Source: Eledone cirrhosa
Lineage: Eukaryota
Length of the DNA: 64,000 nt
Reading direction: 5' to 3'
NCBI GenBank assembly: GCA_964016885.1
Contig: OZ024759.1
Location: forward strand, 31,372,001-31,436,000
Shown: in pieces, positions 55,807-64,000 of the stretch
Numbering within the stretch: position 1 is the stretch's first letter
How the letters are laid out: every line of letters begins with the position of its first letter
Notes under the pieces: model-generated
What the model was told of the DNA's origin: nothing
The model's database searches: none
What the model saw: the letters and a program-made list of their open reading frames with translations, nothing else
Program-made: the position numbers and the translations under genes

Positions 55807-55845
<39 letters not shown>

Positions 55846-55864
55846 ACTATACATATATATATAC

Positions 55865-55896
<32 letters not shown>

Positions 55897-56445
55897 ATAA
55901 AACTATACATATATATATAACTATATATATGTATGTATATATATATATGTATATATATATGTATATATATATATATATATATAGTTTTCGGTTTTTTTTG
56001 TCGTTTTTTTATTTAGTTTTTCTGATGAAGGAGGTTGAGTTGTTTTATGGGGGATTTTTTGCTTCTATTTTTTAGTTTCTTCTCATAGTTGTTTTTTATT
56101 AATAAATTTAATGCTCGGATAATTTAAAAAGATATGAACAACTATTTTTGATTATATTAATAAAAAATTTGTTTATATAAATTCGTCTTTTTTTAACTAT
56201 TATTTATATTTTATTTTATTTATATTTTTCTTTATTTTTTATTTGCAAAGCAGAAAGTCCTTTACATTTTTCATTGGTTAGCATCTACTTGATATCAAAT
56301 TTAATATATTTCTCGTTCTTTTATATCGATTAAAGGGAAATGGATGAAAATCGAAATTAATCTGGATCTTATATGCTTTTGAATTTAGAATATGGTGATG
56401 AAATATCGTAAAATCACTTAAGCGGTTGTTCGTACTATCTCTCTT

Positions 56446-56508
<63 letters not shown>

Positions 56509-56539
56509 CTCTTCCTCTCACTCTCTGTTTCGCATCTCT

Positions 56540-56581
<42 letters not shown>

Positions 56582-56857
56582 CCTCCTCTCTATATATATC
56601 TTTCTCTCCCTCTCTCTCTCTCTTTCTTTCTCTCTTCCTCTCACTCTCTGTTTCCCATCTCCCCCCTCTCTCTCTCTTGCACTTTCTCTCACTCTCTGTT
56701 TCTCCTCTTTCTATCTCTTTTTCTTCCTCTCTCCCACTCTCTCAGTATTATGTCATTTTCTCTCAACCTCATGTCGCTCTCTCTCTCTCTCTCTCACTCT
56801 TTCTAAGTAAGATTTCATTTTCTCTCATCATGTTCTCCCAGTTTGATAACCCTGCAC

Positions 56858-56938
<81 letters not shown>

Positions 56939-57436
56939 ATCTCTCTCTCTCTCTCACTCTAACACTTCATATGCAACTGTGGTTCTTTATTTGAGTTAAA
57001 ATAGAAATTACAATTATTTTCTCCCGATAATACACGCCATTCTTTTCTGCTCATGAGTCATAAATGAATTGAAAATCGAACGAAGCAGGTTGTTGCTATT
57101 GTTACTGATGAAAGTGTTTAGCCCGGATTCAGCTCTAATTCAACAGAACGATGGTCAAGGACTAAATTATCTAATTTGCTATAGCTACTGTTAATTAATC
57201 CCAGCCTAATCAAGCACGCACTCTATGCAAATGAACTTCTCCAATAGATATTTTCATACTTTTATTTTAATCTCAGTACCGAGTGCGTAAACGTCTTTCA
57301 TGATTGATTTAAAAATCTTGAAACACTAGATAAATTCTGGCGTTCTCTCACCACCATTGAGATATTTGTGGCATGATCACAGCTTAAGCCCTTCATAGCG
57401 AGATATATAAGGTTATTATTTATACAAGTGCGGGGG

Positions 57437-57838
57437 GGATTGGCAGCAATCGGAAAATTGTCGGAAAATTAACTTTGCTGCGTAGAATTACGGCCATTTA
57501 CGTTCTCAGTTCTAATCCTGATGAAGTTAGGATTGCCTTCCATCCTTTGGGGGTCGATAAAATATAATACTAGTGTACCAGTGATACACTGAGGTCGATT
57601 TAATTGACTTTCCACTCTCCCAAAATTGTTGTCGTGGTGCCTAAATCAGAGGTGAATTGGCAGTATCGGTAGAGGGTCGGACGCCATGCTTTGCAGCAAA
57701 GAGTTACGGCCTTTTATGGTCTGAGTTCAAATCCAGCGGTGGTTAACTTTGCCTTTCATCCTTACGGGGTCGATAAAATAAAGTACCAGTAATACACTGG
57801 TATAATTGCTGGCTTTGTGCCAAAAGTAGAAACAATTA
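57437..57838 (+). mobile_element. Two tandem Meta-domain SINE copies
   Basis: An older copy at 57437-57650 and a younger copy at 57657-57838. Confidence 0.85.
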
Positions 57839-57889
57839 TTTATAGAAGAACTGCTACAACACAAAGTATGATATGATATAGTATGGTAT

Positions 57890-58232
57890 GATATGGTCCC
57901 GTAACTCCTGGTTGAGTCGTAGGGACGCCGTATTTACATACAGCGTTCCCTGGGCATTTCTAAGCCTGGCGGAGCCCATCTCTCTCCAGGCCTGATTACA
58001 GCAGATTTCTTCGAGAAAAAGATAGAAAGTGACAAAGAGGAAAATAAGATTGAGATATAGAGGAAGAATCGACCCTAGTAGTAGACTGGTACTTTTTTTT
58101 ATCGACCTCGAAAGGATGAAAGACAAAGTTGACCTCGGCGGGATTTGAACTCAGAGAGCAGAGAACCGGAACAAATACCATGAAGCATTCTATCTGGCGT
58201 TCTAGTGACACTATCTGCCAATTCGTCGCCTT
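57890..58232 (-). mobile_element. Meta-domain SINE variant with an alternative 3' tail
   Basis: Same head and core. Tail ...ggcctggagagagatgggctccgccaggcttagaaatgcccagggaacgct is shared with 6620-6850. Confidence 0.7.
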
Positions 58233-58640
58233 ATATTACAACCCATACCCTATATAAAAACACAGATGAAAGACGAAAAACGAAACACTACAGCAATACA
58301 AAAAACAACAAACCAATCAGACCCATGATATAAGCAAACATACAAATTCTCTTCTCACTTTTTTTATCATCTGTGAAGCTAATACCCCTTTATTTCCTCA
58401 CATTAATATAATTACATTTACTTCTCACATTTTTTGTACTTTGTTGTTAGTTGAATTCAGTTTCCCAGAAGAACATAACTGCCACCCTTGATAAAACTGT
58501 TTATCATATTTCTGGATTCTTTTCTACAATAATTCGGCAGTGCTCCTAGCATTCATTAATATACAAAGGCTTCGCGGTCGGCGTGTGTGTGTGTGTGTAT
58601 AAGTATGTATTGGTGTGTGTGTGTGTGTATAAGTATGTAT

Positions 58641-58675
<35 letters not shown>

Positions 58676-58758
58676 AGCATGTATGGGTGTGTGTATGTGT
58701 GTGTGTATGTGTGTATATGTGTGTGCATACGTATACACATATTAATGCACATATATAA

Positions 58759-58804
<46 letters not shown>

Positions 58805-58860
58805 AAATATATACATACATGCATACATATATAAACACAGACACACAGACACAGACACAG

Positions 58861-58943
<83 letters not shown>

Positions 58944-59115
58944 TATACATACATGCATAAACCTCACACACAAATAAGTATATATGCACATAAATACATA
59001 CACACACACTCACACACACATATATATATATATATGCATGCACATATATATATATACATAAATTCACACACACATATAAATATATATATATATACATAGA
59101 TAAATTCACACACAC

Positions 59116-59154
<39 letters not shown>

Positions 59155-59364
59155 GGGGGTGTATTGTGTGAAATTTCTTATTACCTTTTCCCTGTTGTTA
59201 CTGTCTAACCTTTTTAAGGTTGTTGTGAAACCTCACTCATGTCATTTACCAGTTTTCCATTCGATTTCTTTCACTATTGTTATCTACCAAGCCCTCCCTT
59301 TGATGAACATTTCTGATCTGTATACATATATGCCTACAATTCTGTTTCATAATGGCTTGAGTGA

Positions 59365-59980
59365 AGTATTTGCCGCCATCATTTTATTTTATGTGTGTGT
59401 GGGTAGTCTTTCAAACCGCCGCCATTTTGCTTTATTTGTGTGTGAGTAGTCTTTCAAACCGCCGCCATTTTGCTTTATGTGTGTGTGTGAGTAGTCTTTC
59501 AAACCGCCGCCATTTTGCTTTATGTGTGTGTGAGTAGTCTTTCAAACCGCCGCCATTTTGCTTTATGTGTGTGTGAGTAGTCTTTCAAACCGTCGCCATT
59601 TTGCTTTATGTGTGTGCGAGTAGTCTTTCAAACCGCCGCCATTTTGCTTTATGTGTGTGTGAGTAGTCTTTCAAACCGCCGCCATTTTGCTTTATGTGTG
59701 TGCGAGTAGTCTTTCAAACCGCCGCCATTTTGCTTTATGTGTGTGTGAGTAGTCTTTCAAACCGCCGCCATTTTGCTTTATGTGTGTGTGTGAGTAGTCT
59801 TTCAAACCGCCGCCATTTTGCTTTATGTGTGTGTGAGTAGTCTTTCAAACCGCCGCCATTTTGCTTTATGTGTGTGCGAGTAGTCTTTCAAACCGCCGCC
59901 ATTTTGCTTTATGTGTGTGCGAGTAGTCTTTCAAACCGCCGCCATTTTGCTTTATGTGTGTGCGAGTAGTCTTTCAAACC
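59365..59980. repeat. 43-bp tandem array, 13 units each carrying a YY1/Pho long motif (one variant)
   Basis: aaaccGCCGCCATTTTGctttat(gt)n-gagtagtctttc. Confidence 0.95.
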
Positions 59981-60179
59981 TGCTCCATATTGTTCGGTGT
60001 ACTTTTAAATATTCATTAACCAAATGTTTCGCAGCTTTACTTCGTCTTTTCCTGAATTAATAGGTTTTCTATTTTCCTATTGTAATTGTTTCTTTCTGGA
60101 GATAGGAGGGGTTAGTTTTTCTTTTTCTGGTGGGTGCTTTTTTATATATATATACATATATATATATATATACATACAC

Positions 60180-60256
<77 letters not shown>

Positions 60257-60401
60257 CGTATATATACACATTGACATATATATATATATATATACACATA
60301 TATACATATACACATATATATACACATACACACACATACGCATACACACATACACATACGTACATACATACACATACATACATATATACATATATACATA
60401 C

Positions 60402-60434
<33 letters not shown>

Positions 60435-60496
60435 CATATATATATATACATACATATATATGCGTTTTTACATATATATAGAGAGAGATAGATATG

Positions 60497-61022
60497 TTTC
60501 TTTATTAGCCACAGGGGCACAAAAGAAGGGGACAAATATAAAGGGGGAGTTTACATACAGGTATATGAAAATAAAACTATTAATACAATAACAATTGAAA
60601 TCCCAATAGGGGGGAGGTGTTACACAGGGGTTGTACACACCCCGAAAAAATGTACAACCCTCATCTCCAGGAGCACCAAGAGTGAGTACTCCCTTCCTCT
60701 CTTCCTCTTTTTCCTCAACCTACAGGCTTATATAGAGAGAAGGCCCAACCACTCGGGCCATCTTCGCCACATTCACCCACCTTTTATAAATTTGCTGGGG
60801 TACAGCACCTCTCTCTCCATCCTGATTCTTCTTCCAAAATGATATTTGAAAAAACGAATCAGTTGATCGCCGGAGAGAAAGGTGTCTGACCTCAACCCTT
60901 TTAACCTCGTCCACCATACAACCTCTTTCACCATAGCCATAACACATAGGAAAACCGCCTCTCCTTCGTTTTTGAAGGAGGGTGGCGGTTTGATCATGGC
61001 GGATAGATAGATAGATAGATAT

Positions 61023-61076
<54 letters not shown>

Positions 61077-61563
61077 TTCTTTATTAGCCACAGGGGCACA
61101 AAAGAAGGGGACAAATACAAAGGTGGAAGTTTACATACAATAAAAACGTGTAAAATGTTATCACAGATAGATATATTTCTTTATTAGCCACAGGGCACAA
61201 AAGAAGGGGACAAATACAAAGGGGGAAGTTTACATACAATAAAAACGTGTAAAATGTTATCACAGATGGAATTTAAAAGTTAGTCGATTTTCCCCAATAG
61301 AGGGAGACAGTTTATATGGGTAACACATACCCCCGAAAAAAAATGTGCAACCCTCATCTCCAGGAGTACGAAGAGCTTGTACTCCTTTCCTCTCCTCCTC
61401 CTTTTCCTCAACCTACAGGCTGATATAGAGAGAAGGCCCATTCACTCGGGCCATTCTCGCCACTTTCACCCACCTTTCATAAAACTAGATAGATAGATAG
61501 ATATATTTCTTTATTAGCCACAGGGGCACAAAAGAAGGGGACAAATACAAAGGGGGAAGTTTA
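60497..61563 (-). mobile_element. Cluster of four Tx1-like LINE 3' fragments separated by (GATA)n
   Basis: 60497-61001, 61075-61165, 61176-61485 and 61506-61563. The first is frameshifted AMIKPPPSFKNEGEAVFLCV.... Confidence 0.88.
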
Positions 61564-61564
61564 C

Positions 61565-61603
<39 letters not shown>

Positions 61604-61641
61604 TTTATATATATATATAAACATACATATACATATATATA

Positions 61642-61673
<32 letters not shown>

Positions 61674-61714
61674 CATATATATTAGGATTGGTGCTCTGAA
61701 ATACCGATGTATAT

Positions 61715-61751
<37 letters not shown>

Positions 61752-62094
61752 CATACATATATATGTATGTATATATATATATATATAAATATATATATAT
61801 ATGTGTGTGTGTGTGTATATATATATATCCTTGCTGTTTGTTGCTCAGTACACCATATTCCTTACAAATTCGTGTTTCTATAATATTATTACGCCATACC
61901 TTTCTGATTAGCTATTATTAGCAGGTACGGTAAGGAGACATGAACCGCTAAGTTCGACATTGCTAAAGAAACTCAGAGATAAACCTTCCGTAGATATCGA
62001 TAATTTCACGTGTTGCTTATATGATCATTATTTAATTAGTAATGGGTTGTTTAGTGCGCCTTATTAGCCATATAATTAGTCAGTATATTGACTG

Positions 62095-62952
62095 ATCTCA
62101 ACCGTCCCTTTCATCCTTCTGAGATCGATCAAATATATTACCAATCAAGGACTGGGATCGATATAATCGAATTTCTCTTCTCCACAAAATTACTGGCCTT
62201 ATGCCAAAAAGATTAGAAATCAATTGGCAATATCGGTAGAGCGTCGGACAATATGGTTTGCGGCATAGAGTTATGGTCCTTTACGTTCTGAGTTCAAATG
62301 CTGCCCAGGTTAGCTTTGCCTTTCATCCTTACAGGTTCGATAAAGTAAAGTACCAGTAACAAATTGGGGTCGATTTAATCGACTTACTCCTTTCCTACAA
62401 ATTTCTGACCTTGTGCCAAATATAGAAACAATTATTATTATTAGAGGTATCGGTAGAGGGTCGGACGCCATGCTTTGCAGCAAAGAGCTACGGCCCTTTA
62501 TGCTCTGAGTTCAAATCCCGCCGAGGTTAACTTTGCCTTTCATCATTACGGGGGTCGATAAAATAAAGTACCAGTAATACACTGGAATAGTTGCTGGCCT
62601 TGTGCCAAAAGTCGAAACAATTATTAGAGTTGAGTTCAAATCCCGCCGAAAATAACTTTGTCTTTCATCCTTACGGGGTCGATAAAATAAAGTACCAGTC
62701 ACGCACTGGGGTCGATTTAATCGACTTTCCCATCCCCCCAAAAGTGCTGGCCTTGTGCTTATATAAGGAACCATTATTGTGGATTGGCAGTATCGGTAGA
62801 GGGTCGGACGCCATGCTTTCCAGCATAGTTACGTCCCTTTACGATCTGAGTTCAAATCCCGCCGAGGTTGACTTTGCCTTTCATCCTTACGGGGTCGATA
62901 AAATAAAGTACCAGTAATGCACTGGGTAATTGCTGGCCTTGTGCCTAAAGTA
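62095..62952 (+). mobile_element. Head-to-tail array of about five Meta-domain SINE copies
   Basis: Repeated gcctttcatccttacggggtcgataaaataaagtaccagt cores and ccttgtgcc...gaaacaattatt tails. Confidence 0.88.
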
Positions 62953-62983
62953 GAAACAATTATTATTATAATTATTATTATTA

Positions 62984-63135
62984 TTCTTTGAGTCTCAGTC
63001 ATTGATGTTATTTAACTGGAAAGTTTGTTGAAATGAATATCAAGCCGCTACCTGCAGCCTCAGATATTCAGGACGTATCGGAGGGTTCTTGCTGTTCCCA
63101 GCAAGCATGCCTTTTGAAGCGTTCCAAAAAGCGTG
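62984..63135 (-). mobile_element. R4/Dong-clade non-LTR retrotransposon 3' end
   Basis: TLQKACLLGTARTLRYVLNI* matches the R4/Dong C-terminal motif. The 3' UTR runs directly into (TAA)n. Confidence 0.75.
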
Positions 63136-63335
63136 NNNNNNNNNNNNNNNNNNNNNNNNNNNNNNNNNNNNNNNNNNNNNNNNNNNNNNNNNNNNNNNNN
63201 NNNNNNNNNNNNNNNNNNNNNNNNNNNNNNNNNNNNNNNNNNNNNNNNNNNNNNNNNNNNNNNNNNNNNNNNNNNNNNNNNNNNNNNNNNNNNNNNNNNN
63301 NNNNNNNNNNNNNNNNNNNNNNNNNNNNNNNNNNN
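63136..63335. other. Assembly gap (200 N)
   Basis: Run of N. Confidence 1.
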
Positions 63336-63414
63336 CATCGCTGCCCCCAGGTCCTGTCTACTGATTCCCGTTTCCCTAGAGATAACGTCAGGGAATGACA
63401 GCTTCCTGCTCCTA

Positions 63415-63463
<49 letters not shown>

Positions 63464-63623
63464 TATATAGATATATATATATAATAGTAGAACACTAGTG
63501 GGTTATATCCGCAGTAGTAGAGCACTCAGTCCATGGGACGAGTTTGGTGGAAGTAGTTCCACAACGGTTAATTCACCATACCAAGAACAAATGTTTCACC
63601 TTATTCGTAACCTCAGCTAGACC

Positions 63624-63660
63624 GAGCTGATGATCCGACTAAGGTGAAACATTTGTTCTC
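63624..63660 (+). ncRNA. Minimal hammerhead ribozyme inside imperfect palindrome 63550-63694
   Basis: gag CTGATGA tcc gactaa ggt GAAA c-attt-GTT ctc. The mirrored arm has a decayed core. Confidence 0.6.
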
Positions 63661-63694
63661 AGTAATGGTGAACTAATTGTTGTGGAACTACTTC

Positions 63695-63810
<116 letters not shown>

Positions 63811-64000
63811 GATAGATATGTGAAATAGTTGTAGCACACCTATATTGATTAGCTTGTACACTCATACACGGACACACGCTCTCACACGTATTATACGTAG
63901 TTACTGACATATCTTGTCCTCTTCATATTTTGGTCTTTACATTTGTTATTTCTTCTTCGATATATAAATATCACTATCCACTTCAGTAATATAGGGTATC

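Noticed and set aside
59365-59980. CRISPR-like regular repeat
   Set aside because: No unique spacers, no cas genes, eukaryotic context; it is a plain tandem repeat.
63345-63400. Minus-strand CTGACGT...GAAA motif
   Set aside because: A9 is missing and there is no stem II or cleavage triplet.

Overview
This is AT-rich, repeat-saturated eukaryotic DNA. It is almost certainly cephalopod (Octopus-like), inferred from the SINE families and the extreme (TA)n/(CA)n/(GA)n/(GATA)n density. No intact host protein-coding gene is recognisable, and nearly all listed ORFs are microsatellite translations. The real content is mobile DNA: many tRNA-head/Meta-domain SINEs, 3' fragments of Tx1/L1-like, RTE and R4/Dong LINEs, a Penelope GIY-YIG remnant, hAT and pogo/Tigger MITEs, a probable non-autonomous Helitron and several minisatellites. 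The main hidden signal is about 18 minimal type-I hammerhead ribozyme motifs from roughly nine sequence families, read by eye. They lie on both strands, mostly inside short fold-back (palindromic) elements inserted in (TA)n tracts. Several more palindromes mirror only the 3' half of a hammerhead around the presumed stem II loop, suggesting snap-back formation. Also notable are a 43-bp tandem array of 13 YY1/Pho long motifs, GATA-microsatellite targeting by the Tx1-like LINE, and a bipartite non-autonomous RTE. Coordinates of repeat boundaries are approximate.
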